In this document: piece after piece, positions 30,869 to 40,096 of the stretch
Numbering within the stretch: position 1 is the first letter of the stretch
Layout: every line of letters starts with the position of its first letter
The notes under the pieces: generated by a model
The model's input: only the letters and a program-made list of their open reading frames with translations
What the model was told of the DNA's origin: nothing
The model's database searches: none
Assembly (NCBI GenBank): GCA_047607095.1
Contig: JASGDR010000125.1
Location: 1-45,229 of the forward strand
Length of the DNA: 45,229 nt
Reading direction: 5' to 3'
DNA from: Caulobacter sp.
GTDB lineage: Bacteria > Pseudomonadota > Alphaproteobacteria > Caulobacterales > Caulobacteraceae
Program-made: the position numbers and the translations under genes

Positions 30869-31525
30869 CTACTGCACCGACGGCGGCTCGTCGTCGTCCT
30901 GGGCGGCGTCGATCTCGAGCAGGGTCACCAGGGTGCGGCGGCGGTCGGCGATGGTGCGGGCCTCCAGCAGGGCCTGCTTCTCCAGCGGATCGAACGGCAG
31001 GGCCATGGCCAGGCTGTTGATCAGGGCGTCCGACGGCGCGGCCTGGGCCTCGCCCCAGTCGATGGCCAGCCCGCGGTGGTCGAGATAACGGCGCAGGGCG
31101 TCCAGCAGCGGCGCGCCGTCGCCGACCGCCTCCTGCTGGTCTTCGTGCAGGTCAAGATCGTAGGGGGTGAAATCGGCGCGCACCTGCCGATAGGGCGTGC
31201 GCACCGGCAGCTCCTCGCCCAGCCGGAACCGCGCCACGCCGGTCAGGGTGATCAGGTAGCGGCCGTCGCTGGTCTCGGCGAAGCTGGTCACCCGGCCCGC
31301 GCAGCCCACCGGGGCCAGGGCCGGGCGCTGGACGTCGCCGCCGGCCCTCGTCTGCACCATGCCGATGATCCGCTCGCCCGACATGGCGTCGTCCAGCATG
31401 TTCAGGTAGCGGGGCTCGAAGATGTTCAGCGGCAGCTGGCCGCCCGGCAACAGCAGGGCGCCGTCCAGCGGGAACACGGGAATTACCAGCGGCAAATCGA
31501 GGGTCTTCCGGTAAACGCCCGGCAT
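30869..31525 (-). CDS. LON peptidase substrate-binding (N-terminal) domain protein
   Basis: IPVFPL-GALLLP, LNIFEPRY, VGCAG, DGRYLITL, EKQALLEA. GGAGG RBS. Confidence 0.92.
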   Translation of the reverse strand: MPGVYRKTLDLPLVIPVFPLDGALLLPGGQLPLNIFEPRYLNMLDDAMSGERIIGMVQTRAGGDVQRPALAPVGCAGRVTSFAETSDGRYLITLTGVARFRLGEELPVRTPYRQVRADFTPYDLDLHEDQQEAVGDGAPLLDALRRYLDHRGLAIDWGEAQAAPSDALINSLAMALPFDPLEKQALLEARTIADRRRTLVTLLEIDAAQDDDEPPSVQ

Positions 31526-31574
31526 GGCGGCCTCCTTGACTGGACTTGTGAACGCGTGATCCCGCTTCGGTTTC

Positions 31575-32486
31575 CTAGCTGAAGAGGATCGCCGACAGCC
31601 GCTTGCGGCCCTGCTTGGCCACTTCCGAGGTCGGGCCGGCGGCCTCGAACACGGTCAGCAGCTGCTTGCGGGCCGCCTCGTCGTTCCAGGCGCGGTCGCG
31701 CTGGATGATGGTCAGCAGGTGATCGCAGGCGGCCTCCAGGCGGCCGGCGCCGGCCAGGGCCTTGGCCAGCTCGAAACGGGCCTCGTGGTCGTCGGCGTTC
31801 GCAGCCAGGCGCTGCTCGAAGGCGGCCGTCTCGGACGGAGCCGCCTCGGCGAGCTTCAGGGCCGCGCGCACGCTCTCCAGGTCCGGATCCTTGGCGGTCT
31901 CGGGCGCCATGGCGGCGATCTCGGCCGCGCGCTCGATGTCGCCGCCGGCCAGGTAGACGCGGGCCAGGCCGCCCAGCGCCTTGATGTTGTCGGGCTCCAT
32001 CTGCAGCACCTGGGCGTAGGCCTGGGCCGCGCCGCCCAGATCCTCGACGTCCATGCTCTCCTTGGCCATCGACAGCAGCTGGTCGACCGCGCCGGCGGCC
32101 GGCGGGCCCGAGATGCGCTCGACGAACTGCTGGATCTGGCTTTCCGGCAGCGCGCCCTGGAAGCCGTCGACCGGCTGGCCGTCGACGAAGGCGTAGACGG
32201 TGGGGATCGACTGCACGCGCAGCTGGCCGGCGAAGCCCGGGTTCTTGTCGACGTCGATCTTGACCAGCTTCACCGCGCCCTTGGCGGCGTTGACCACCTT
32301 CTCCAGGGCCGGGGTCAGCTGGCGGCACGGGCCGCACCAGGTGGCCCAGAAGTCGACGATCACCGGCTGGGTCTTGGAGGCCTCGATGACGTCGGTCATG
32401 AAGCTGGCGTCGGTTCCGTCCTTGATGTGCTCGCTCTTGCCGCCGCTGGCCTGGATGGGGGCGGGCTTTTCACCGATCAGGGACAT
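31575..32486 (-). CDS. cnoX: Thioredoxin-TPR chaperedoxin CnoX (YbbN)
   Basis: VDFWATWCGPC, GQPVDGFQGA, TPRs, C-terminal RKRLSAILFS. Confidence 0.93.
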   Translation of the reverse strand: MSLIGEKPAPIQASGGKSEHIKDGTDASFMTDVIEASKTQPVIVDFWATWCGPCRQLTPALEKVVNAAKGAVKLVKIDVDKNPGFAGQLRVQSIPTVYAFVDGQPVDGFQGALPESQIQQFVERISGPPAAGAVDQLLSMAKESMDVEDLGGAAQAYAQVLQMEPDNIKALGGLARVYLAGGDIERAAEIAAMAPETAKDPDLESVRAALKLAEAAPSETAAFEQRLAANADDHEARFELAKALAGAGRLEAACDHLLTIIQRDRAWNDEAARKQLLTVFEAAGPTSEVAKQGRKRLSAILFS

Positions 32487-32567
32487 AGGCGGTCTTCTCT
32501 CACGCGCGGGTCGTTCAGCGCTGCAAGATGGTCCTTGCCGGGCCGCTTCGCAATCGCCCGTTGCGCC

Positions 32568-32957
32568 TTAGAAAAGCATCGCCGCCAGCACGCCGCCGGC
32601 GGCGCCCAGCAGGCCGAGCCAGGTCAGCACCATGCCGATGGCCCGCGGGGGCACCTTGGCGCCGGTCAGCATGCCGATCGCATGGACCAGCCGGCCCGTT
32701 CCGAGCGCGATCGCGCTGGCCAGCACCAGGGCCGTCGGCGCGCCCTCCGCCTCGGCCAGGCCCACGGCGATCAGGCCCAGCGGCATGTACTCGATGAAGT
32801 TGCCGTGGGCGCGCATGCGGCCGACCAGCACCGGGTCGCCGCCCTCGCCTAGGGTGATCCCGGCGCTGAAGCGGCGCTTGGCCACCGGAACGCTGAGAAC
32901 CACCAGCCCCACGACGCTGGCCACGCACAGAACCGAGGTGATCGGCAGAAAACTCAT
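32568..32957 (-). CDS. MAPEG family membrane protein
   Basis: RAHGNFIEYMP, GRLVHAIG, hydrophobic helices. Confidence 0.88.
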   Translation of the reverse strand: MSFLPITSVLCVASVVGLVVLSVPVAKRRFSAGITLGEGGDPVLVGRMRAHGNFIEYMPLGLIAVGLAEAEGAPTALVLASAIALGTGRLVHAIGMLTGAKVPPRAIGMVLTWLGLLGAAGGVLAAMLF

Positions 32958-33034
32958 CGGACGCCTCCCATCGATGTCGTTGGCGGGAGGGTGCGACTAG
33001 CGGTTGTGATGCGCAAGGGGGCGTCGGAAGGGCC

Positions 33035-33544
33035 TCAGCCGCCGACGACCGCCATGGCCTCGAAGTCGACGATCATCGGCTCGATCCCCAGCGCCGCCAG
33101 GAACCTGCGGAAGCCGGCCTGGCTGACGGCGGTGGTGGCGTCGTTCTTCAGCGGGTGGAAGTTCACCGGGTCGGCCTCGCCCAGGGCCTTGTCGAGCACG
33201 AAGCGGACGCGGCGCTCGCCGTCGTTGAGCAGGCCGAAGGCGGTGACCGAGCCGGGCGTCACGCCCAGGGTCTCGACCATCATCGCCTCGGGGCCGAACG
33301 ACAGCCGGCCCGAGCCGATCACGTGGTGGAGCTTCTTGAGGTCGATCGTCGTCTCGCCCAGCGCCGAGATCAGCCACAGCTGGCCCTTGGCGTCCTTGAG
33401 GAACAGGTTCTTGGTGTGGCCGCCGGGCAGGGCCTTCTTGATCTCGAGCCCCTCCTCGACGCGGAACACCGGCGGGTGGTCGAGGGTGGAATGGTCGACG
33501 CCGTGGGCGTCGAAGAAGGCGAAGAGGTCGGCGCGGGTCTTCAT
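33035..33544 (-). CDS. proX: YbaK/ProX aminoacyl-tRNA editing protein (ProXp-ala type)
   Basis: [37 protein letters not shown] 33544. Confidence 0.9.
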   Translation of the reverse strand: MKTRADLFAFFDAHGVDHSTLDHPPVFRVEEGLEIKKALPGGHTKNLFLKDAKGQLWLISALGETTIDLKKLHHVIGSGRLSFGPEAMMVETLGVTPGSVTAFGLLNDGERRVRFVLDKALGEADPVNFHPLKNDATTAVSQAGFRRFLAALGIEPMIVDFEAMAVVGG

Positions 33545-33627
33545 GGGCCCTGTAAAGCGAAGGGCGGGGCGGCTGGTCAAGCCGTCCCGCCCTCTATCGC
33601 CCGTCCTCGATCGGACGTGCGGTCCGC

Positions 33628-34338
33628 CTACTGGGTCAGCGGGCGCAGGATGATCTCGACCCGGCGGTTCTGGGCGCGGCCCTCGGCGGTGTCGTTGCTG
33701 GCGATCGGCTGGCGCTCGCCCTGGCCGGCCACGAACAGGCGGTCGGGCAGCACGCGGCCGGGACCGGTCAGATAGGCTGCCACCGAGCCGGCGCGGCGCT
33801 CCGACAGGGCCTGATTGTAGTCGTCGGGGCCGCTGGAGTCGGCGTGGCCGACCACGTCGATCGTGGTCTGCGGGTAGGCGTTCAGGGTGCGGGCCACGTC
33901 GTCGAGCACGCGGGTGAACTGCGGCTGCACGTCCGACTTGTCGACGGCGAAGGTCACGTCGCTGGGCATGACCAGCACGATCTGGTCGCCGTTGCGGCGG
34001 ATCATCACGCCGGAGCCTTCCAGGCTGCGGCGGAAGTCGGCCTGCTGGCGGTCCATGTAGTTGCCGGCGGCGCCGCCGGCCAGGGCGCCGATGCCGGCCC
34101 CGATCAGGGCGTTCTTGCGGCCCTGCTCGCCCTTGCCGGTGTTGGTCAGGTAGCCCAGGGCCGCGCCGATGCCGGCTCCGGCCAGGGCCCCGGTGCCGGT
34201 GTTGTTGCGCACCGGCATGCCGGTGTACGGGTCGGTGGTGGTGCAGGCGGTCATGGCGCCCGCGCCGATCAGGAGGGCGCCCAAGGCCGCGGCGCGGGAG
34301 AGCGCGGCGACGCGGAGGGCGGTCTTGGGGGTCGTCAT
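33628..34338 (-). CDS. OmpA-family lipoprotein with glycine zipper (YiaD-like)
   Basis: Lipobox MTAC, GAxxGA zipper, [28 protein letters not shown] 34338. Confidence 0.93.
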   Translation of the reverse strand: MTTPKTALRVAALSRAAALGALLIGAGAMTACTTTDPYTGMPVRNNTGTGALAGAGIGAALGYLTNTGKGEQGRKNALIGAGIGALAGGAAGNYMDRQQADFRRSLEGSGVMIRRNGDQIVLVMPSDVTFAVDKSDVQPQFTRVLDDVARTLNAYPQTTIDVVGHADSSGPDDYNQALSERRAGSVAAYLTGPGRVLPDRLFVAGQGERQPIASNDTAEGRAQNRRVEIILRPLTQ

Positions 34339-34388
34339 GGCGTGTATCCTGTCGATACCTGTTGTCCGGGTGTACGCTAAGCCGGGCA

Positions 34389-34414
34389 AACGCGCCCGTT
34401 TATGGTCAAGTTCC
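34389..34414 (-). promoter_or_regulatory. SigT/EcfG general-stress promoter of the OmpA gene
   Basis: Minus strand GGAAC-N17-CGTT matches the consensus. Confidence 0.7.
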
Positions 34415-34524
34415 GACAAACGACATGAGCGGGGGATGAACGGCCTTCGTTCCGCCGCCTCTTGGGTGTAGTAAGGCCCGTCTTACTAAAACTCCGCCCG
34501 TTTTTCTCACTTCGAAGGCCAACC

Positions 34525-35460
34525 GTGTCCGCATCCGCCATCGAGCCCGTCTCGTTCACCCTCTACAGCAAGGACTTCGACCGCTTCTCCAAGGAGCTGG
34601 GCGCCTCGTTCGAGCGCTATGGCTTCGCGGTGCTCTCGGAATACGACCTGCCGCAGGATCGCATCGACGCGGCGGTGGACGACGCCAAGGCCTTCTTCGC
34701 CCTGCCGGTCGACACCAAGAAGCAGTACGCCGGGGTCAAGGGCGGCGCGCGCGGCTATATCCCCTTCGGGGTCGAGACGGCCAAGGGCGCCACGCACCAC
34801 GACCTGAAGGAATTCTGGCACATGGGCCGCGACCTGCCGCCCAGCCACCGCTTCCGCGCCACCATGGCCGACAACGTCTGGCCGGCCGAGATCCCGGCCT
34901 TCAAGCACGACGTCAGCTGGCTCTACAACGCGCTCGACAGCATGGGCGGCAAGGTGCTGGAGGCCATCGCCACCTATCTCAAGCTGGAGCGTGACTTCTT
35001 CAAGCCGACCGTCGAGAACGGCAACTCGGTGCTGCGCCTGCTGCACTATCCGCCGATCCCGCAGGACGCCACGGGCGTTCGCGCCGGCGCCCACGGCGAC
35101 ATCAACACCATCACCCTGCTGCTGGGCGCCGAAGAGGGCGGTCTCGAGCTGCTCGACAAGAACGGCGAGTGGCTGCCGATCAACCCGCCGCCGGGCTGCA
35201 TCGTCATCAACATCGGCGACATGCTCGAGCGCCTGACCAACCACGTCCTGCCCTCGACGATCCACCGCGTGCAGAACCCACCGCCCGAGCGCCGCGGCGT
35301 GCCGCGCTACTCGACGCCGTTCTTCCTGCACTTCGCGTCGGATTATGAGATCAAGACCCTGACCAACTGCGTCACGGAGGAGAACCCGGACCGCTATCCG
35401 GAGTCGATCACCGCCGACGAGTTCCTCCAGCAGCGCCTGCGCGAGATCAAGCTGGCCTGA
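34525..35460 (+). CDS. 2-oxoglutarate/Fe(II) oxygenase, isopenicillin N synthase family
   Basis: GFAVL, DLKE, LRLLHYPP, HGD (HxD), INIGDML, H..., RYS (RxS). GTG 34525 preferred. Confidence 0.92.
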   Translation: MSASAIEPVSFTLYSKDFDRFSKELGASFERYGFAVLSEYDLPQDRIDAAVDDAKAFFALPVDTKKQYAGVKGGARGYIPFGVETAKGATHHDLKEFWHMGRDLPPSHRFRATMADNVWPAEIPAFKHDVSWLYNALDSMGGKVLEAIATYLKLERDFFKPTVENGNSVLRLLHYPPIPQDATGVRAGAHGDINTITLLLGAEEGGLELLDKNGEWLPINPPPGCIVINIGDMLERLTNHVLPSTIHRVQNPPPERRGVPRYSTPFFLHFASDYEIKTLTNCVTEENPDRYPESITADEFLQQRLREIKLA

Positions 35461-35487
35461 TCGAGGCCCGCGGGATCCGCGAAAGAC

Positions 35488-35520
35488 AAAGGCCCCGTCC
35501 TCTTGGACGGGGCCTTTTTT
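35488..35520. terminator. Bidirectional intrinsic terminator
   Basis: AAAGGCCCCGTCC-TCTT-GGACGGGGCCTTTTTT between convergent genes. Confidence 0.88.
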
Positions 35521-35552
35521 CATGGCCGTTCTCGGCGTCGCTACTTGGCTCG

Positions 35553-37427
35553 CTATTGGGCGATGCGTAGGGCGGAGATCTGCTGGGAGATGGCCTTGAA
35601 GGCGGTCTTCAGCTCGGTGCCGGTGGACGGGAAGTAGGCGTAGTCGCTGCTGGTGGCGCAGGCGCTGAGCATCGACTTGGCGGTGGCGTCGCTGCCGACG
35701 TCGAAGCCCACCGTGTAGATGACGATGTTCTTGGCCTTCATCTTGGTGCACAGCGTCTTGGCCTGCTCGAAGGCGTCGCCGTTGGTGGCCGCGCAGTTGA
35801 TGTGGTCGGCGCTGGAGCCCGAGCCCGAGCCCGCGTCCTTGGCGATCACGCCCTTGCAGTAGTTGGTGTTGAAGGCGCCGTCGGTCATCAGCACGACCAC
35901 CTTCATCAGGTCTTCCGCGCCGTAGGCGGCCGGTTTCTGGGTGCTGCTGGACCACAGGTACGAGAAGTTCGGCGACACCATGTACCAGCCCCAGGCCAGG
36001 CCGATCTGGCCCGCCGTCGAGCCGCCCACCGACAGCGCGGTGATCTGGGCCTTCAGCGAGGTCTTGTCGGTGCTCAGCGGGGTGATGGTGGCCGTCGGGC
36101 AGGGGTTGGTCGAGCTGGCCCCGTACGAGGTCGAGGCCGGATAGTTGCGGCCCACATACGATGTGCTCGGCGCGTCGTCGGTGTAGGCGTAGGTGCCCGT
36201 GCGCTCGGTGGCGCAGGTGCTGATCGGGAAGCTCTCGCTGGTGTTGCTGGCGCTGGTGAAGTTGAGGAAGGCGCAGCTGATGTCCGAGCGCGAGGTGCTG
36301 TAGCACGAGCCCGCGCCGCCGGTTCCTGCGGTGCTGTACGAGGTGCCGACGATGTTGGTGTCGAAGGTGGTCGTGGTCTTGTAGGTGATCGTCGGCGTCT
36401 TGTTGTTCAGCGCCGTCATGCCGCTGATCCCGGTCAGCAGCACCTGGTCGCCGGTCTGGAAGTTGTGCGTCGCGGCGGTGGTGACCACGACCGAGCAGGT
36501 CGAGGTCAGGCACTTGTAGACCGTGCCGGCCGAGCCCGCGCTGCTGATGCTGCTGCTGGGCGTGACCTTGAAGGTGGTCGTCGACGGCACGCTCGTCACC
36601 TGCAGGATCTTCGAGTTCAGGTAACTCGTGCCGGTGCCGGTGATGTAGACGTAGTCGCCCGTCGCCAGGCCGTGGGTGGCCGAGGTGGTGATCGTCGTCG
36701 GCGAGCCCTTGGTGTAGGCCGAGATCGTCTTGGTCGCGCTGTACCAGGCCGCGCTGCTCAGGGTGCTGGACGGAATGGCGCCGCGCACGTTGTCGGCGTA
36801 GGTCCCCACATTGACGCCGATCGAATAGGGAACGATCGCGACCTTGGAATAGTAGGGGGTCTGCACGTCCTGCACGACGGTGTCGATCAGGTCGGAGGCG
36901 GCGGTCTTCAGCGCGTCGATGCGGATGGTCCCGGACATCGAGCCGGTGATGTCGAGCACCAGCGCCACTTCCAGGTTCTTCGACGAACGCACGACGTAGG
37001 ACTTGGCGCTGGTCGACAGCTTCTTGGTGTTGGTCACCAGGTCCAGAATGATCGGGTCTATCGAGATCGTCGCCTCGCCCACGACCTCCTTGTTGGAGTC
37101 GACATAGAAGGTCGACGAGGTCGGCGTCACGCCGAGCTCCGCCGTGAGGGCGGCGCTGCCGGTCAAGGTCAGGGTGGCCGTGTCGGTGGCGGTGGTGCGG
37201 GCGGCGATCAGGGTCGCGGCGTCCAGGGCGTCCTGCAGACGCCGCTTCTCCAGGCTCATGCGGCTGATGTCGACCACGCCGAACGTCAGGATCGACAGCG
37301 GCAGGATGCTCAGGGCCACCCAGACGGCGATGCCGCCGCGGGTGTCGGAGCCGATCCCGCGCAGGCGCGCGGCGGCGCGGGCGAGCGCCCCGCCCAGGCG
37401 GGCGGCGATGCGGCTGTGGACGGTCAT
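35553..37427 (-). CDS. cpaL: TadG-like pilus-associated adhesin with split vWA domain (CpaL-like)
   Basis: Prepilin-type DTRG|GIAVW + TM, LQDALDAA, MIDAS parts LVLDITGSM / GST / LMTDG, IYTVGF, S/T-rich insert. Confidence 0.8.
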   Translation of the reverse strand: MTVHSRIAARLGGALARAAARLRGIGSDTRGGIAVWVALSILPLSILTFGVVDISRMSLEKRRLQDALDAATLIAARTTATDTATLTLTGSAALTAELGVTPTSSTFYVDSNKEVVGEATISIDPIILDLVTNTKKLSTSAKSYVVRSSKNLEVALVLDITGSMSGTIRIDALKTAASDLIDTVVQDVQTPYYSKVAIVPYSIGVNVGTYADNVRGAIPSSTLSSAAWYSATKTISAYTKGSPTTITTSATHGLATGDYVYITGTGTSYLNSKILQVTSVPSTTTFKVTPSSSISSAGSAGTVYKCLTSTCSVVVTTAATHNFQTGDQVLLTGISGMTALNNKTPTITYKTTTTFDTNIVGTSYSTAGTGGAGSCYSTSRSDISCAFLNFTSASNTSESFPISTCATERTGTYAYTDDAPSTSYVGRNYPASTSYGASSTNPCPTATITPLSTDKTSLKAQITALSVGGSTAGQIGLAWGWYMVSPNFSYLWSSSTQKPAAYGAEDLMKVVVLMTDGAFNTNYCKGVIAKDAGSGSGSSADHINCAATNGDAFEQAKTLCTKMKAKNIVIYTVGFDVGSDATAKSMLSACATSSDYAYFPSTGTELKTAFKAISQQISALRIAQ

Positions 37428-37502
37428 CGGCGATTGCCCCTCGTTTTATCGCCGGTCAGCATGACAGCCGACGGTGAACAGGCGGCAAACGCCGGAGAAG
37501 AT

Positions 37503-38414
37503 TCAATTTCCCGCCGGGGTTCCCGTCCGGCGGGCCCGCAGGAAGTCGACGAAGGCCCGCAGCGGGGCGGGCATGTGTCGGCGGCTGGGATAGTAGAGGA
37601 AAGGGCCGTCGAAGGGCGGGTTCCAGTCCTCCAGCACCGGAACCAGCCGGCCGGCCGCCACCGCCGGCGCCAGCAGGCCCTCGAAGCTCATCACCACGCC
37701 CAGCCCCTCCTCGGCGGCGCGGATCTCCAGTTCCGACGACGAGGTGACCAGCGGCCCTTCGGGCGACACGCGGATGATCTCGCCGTCCTTCTCGAACTCC
37801 GGAACGATCATCGCGCCGCTGGGAAAGCGGTGGCGGATGCAGGGCATGGTCAAAAGGTCGCGGGGGTGGCGCGGGACGCCGTACCGCGCCAGGAAATCGG
37901 GCGAGGCCGCCGCCTGGTAGCGCTCGGGCCCCGACAGCGGCACGGCGATCATGTCCTTCTCCAGCCGCTCGCCGTAGCGCACGCCCGCGTCGGCGCCGGC
38001 CGCTAGCACGTCGATGAAGCTGTCCTCGACGATGATCTCCAGGGTCACGCCGGGATGGGCGCGCAGGAACGGGCCGATCAGCTCGCCGAGGGCCAGCTTG
38101 GCCGCCGCGCCCGGCACATTCAGCTTCAGGGTTCCGGTCGGGCTGTCGCGGAACTGGTTCATCGTGTCGAGGGCGCCGGCCACCTCGGCCAGGGCCGGGG
38201 CCAGCCGCTCCAGCAGGCGCTCGCCGGCCTCGGTGGCGGTGACGCTGCGGGTGGTGCGGTTGAGCAGGCGCACGCCGAGCGCCGTCTCCAGCCGGCGCAC
38301 CGCTTCGCTCAGCGACGAGGGCGACACGCCCCGGCCTACCGCCGCCCCGCGAAAACCGCGGGCCCGGGCCACGGCGGCGAAGGCGTCGAGATCGGCGAGG
38401 TCGGGGCTGGCCAT
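37503..38414 (-). CDS. LysR family transcriptional regulator
   Basis: LDAFAAVA..GFRGAA..SPSSLS..LETALGVRLLNRTTRSV; YYPSRR. ATG 38414. Confidence 0.93.
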   Translation of the reverse strand: MASPDLADLDAFAAVARARGFRGAAVGRGVSPSSLSEAVRRLETALGVRLLNRTTRSVTATEAGERLLERLAPALAEVAGALDTMNQFRDSPTGTLKLNVPGAAAKLALGELIGPFLRAHPGVTLEIIVEDSFIDVLAAGADAGVRYGERLEKDMIAVPLSGPERYQAAASPDFLARYGVPRHPRDLLTMPCIRHRFPSGAMIVPEFEKDGEIIRVSPEGPLVTSSSELEIRAAEEGLGVVMSFEGLLAPAVAAGRLVPVLEDWNPPFDGPFLYYPSRRHMPAPLRAFVDFLRARRTGTPAGN

Positions 38415-38415
38415 T

Positions 38416-38452
38416 GTGCGAATTTCCAAACGGCTCGTGCGAGTTTGAACGG
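38416..38452. promoter_or_regulatory. Tandem operator-like direct repeat in the LysR/AKR divergent promoter
   Basis: GTGCGAATTT..AACGG and GTGCGAGTTT.AACGG with a 21-bp period. Confidence 0.4.
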
Positions 38453-38545
38453 ATTATCGCACAGGTCGCGCGACGGCATAGTCGCCTCGTCAAACACCGC
38501 GGCGCTTCTCCTCCCCCGGCGCCGCCCCGCACGAAGGAGATCGCC

Positions 38546-39541
38546 ATGCGCACCCTCAAGCTCGGAACCACCGGTCCCGCCGTCTCGGCCCTCGGCCTCG
38601 GCTGCATGGGCATGTCCGACCTCTACGGCCCCGCCGATCGGGCCGAGAGCATCGCCACTCTCCACGCCGCCCTGGAGGCCGGGATCACCCTGCTCGACAC
38701 CGGCGACTTCTACGGCATGGGCCACAACGAGATGCTGATCGCCGAGGCCCTGAAGGGCCAGGACCGCGACAAGGCGATCATCAGCGTCAAGTTCGGCGCC
38801 CTGCGTGGCCCCGACGGCGCCTTCCTCGGCTACGACAGCCGACCCAAGGCGGTGAAGAGCTTCCTGACCTATTCGCTGCGCCGGCTGCAGGTCGACCACA
38901 TCGACGTCTACCGCCCCTCGCGCCTGGATCCCGACGTGCCGATCGAGGACACCATCGGCGCCCTCGTCGAGCTGCGCGACGCCGGCTACATCCGCCACAT
39001 CGGCCTGTCGGAAGTGGGCGCCGACACCCTCCGCCGCGCCGCCGCCGTCGCCCCGATCAGCGACCTGCAGATCGAGTATTCGCTGCTGTCGCGCGGGATC
39101 GAGGACGCCATCCTGCCGACCACCCGCGAGCTGGGCATCTCGATCACCGCCTATGGCGTGCTGTCGCGCGGCCTGATCAGCGGCCACTGGGACAAGACCG
39201 CCCAGCCCGCCGCCCGCGACTTCCGCGCCCATTCGCCCCGCTTCCAGGGCGAAAACCTCGACCGCAACCTGGCTCTGGTCGAGACCCTGCGCGGCGTGGC
39301 CGAACAGAAGGGCGTCAGCGTCGCCCAGATCGCCATCGCCTGGGTGGCCGCGCGCGGCGACGACATCGTGCCCCTGGTCGGCGCCCGCCGCCGCGATCGC
39401 CTGACCGAGGCCCTGGGCGCGCTCGACGTCGTCCTGACCGCCGAAGACCTGGCCGCCATCGAGGCGGCCGTGCCCAAGGGCGCGGCGGCCGGCGAACGCT
39501 ACGCCCCGGCGATGATGGCGCACCTCGACAGCGAGAAGTGA
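38546..39541 (+). CDS. Aldo/keto reductase
   Basis: GLGCMGMS, DTGDFYG, KFG, SLRRL, IGLSE, QIEYSL. AAGGAG RBS. Confidence 0.93.
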   Translation: MRTLKLGTTGPAVSALGLGCMGMSDLYGPADRAESIATLHAALEAGITLLDTGDFYGMGHNEMLIAEALKGQDRDKAIISVKFGALRGPDGAFLGYDSRPKAVKSFLTYSLRRLQVDHIDVYRPSRLDPDVPIEDTIGALVELRDAGYIRHIGLSEVGADTLRRAAAVAPISDLQIEYSLLSRGIEDAILPTTRELGISITAYGVLSRGLISGHWDKTAQPAARDFRAHSPRFQGENLDRNLALVETLRGVAEQKGVSVAQIAIAWVAARGDDIVPLVGARRRDRLTEALGALDVVLTAEDLAAIEAAVPKGAAAGERYAPAMMAHLDSEK

Positions 39542-39583
39542 TCCCATGCCTCCGTGGAGGTCCCCTTCTCCGCGCGGAAACCC

Positions 39584-39961
39584 TCAGTTCAGGCGCTTTT
39601 GGGCGGCGATCCGCCGGGCCGCCCAGACCGCCGTCCAGACCGCCGCTGTGAGCCAGAGGATCGGCGTCAGGAGATATCCGGCTGTGTAGAATGTGGGCCA
39701 CCAGACGGGGTCTTCCCAAGAGCCGCCATAAGCCAGCCGCGGCGTCGATTTCGACTGCCACCAAGGCGCCGGTTCGTTGGGGTGGGCCCGCTTCCACGCC
39801 CCTTCTTCGCCGCCGCCCACCCAATGCTCCAGAGACGGGTAAGGCTTTAAAACCAGGTACTTGGAGTCCAGAGAGCCCTCCAGGCTGAGGATGGCCGTGA
39901 AGGCGAACAGCACTGTCAGGGCGCTGGCTAGGGCGAAGAGCGCGATCAGGCGGCGGGGCAT
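39584..39961 (-). CDS. Hypothetical membrane protein (2 TM, Trp-rich loop)
   Basis: Hydrophobic N- and C-terminal helices; atypical codons. Confidence 0.6.
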   Translation of the reverse strand: MPRRLIALFALASALTVLFAFTAILSLEGSLDSKYLVLKPYPSLEHWVGGGEEGAWKRAHPNEPAPWWQSKSTPRLAYGGSWEDPVWWPTFYTAGYLLTPILWLTAAVWTAVWAARRIAAQKRLN

Positions 39962-40096
39962 GGTGAAACGATTGCAGCGATCCCGCGATCAGGCAAGCTC
40001 GGGGCGGCTCCGCTTTCCTCGTCCTATAAGGTCTTTCGGCGGTTTCCTCGAAGGCCCGCAGGCGGTAGGCAAGGCCCGAAGACGAGCGAGGCGGGC

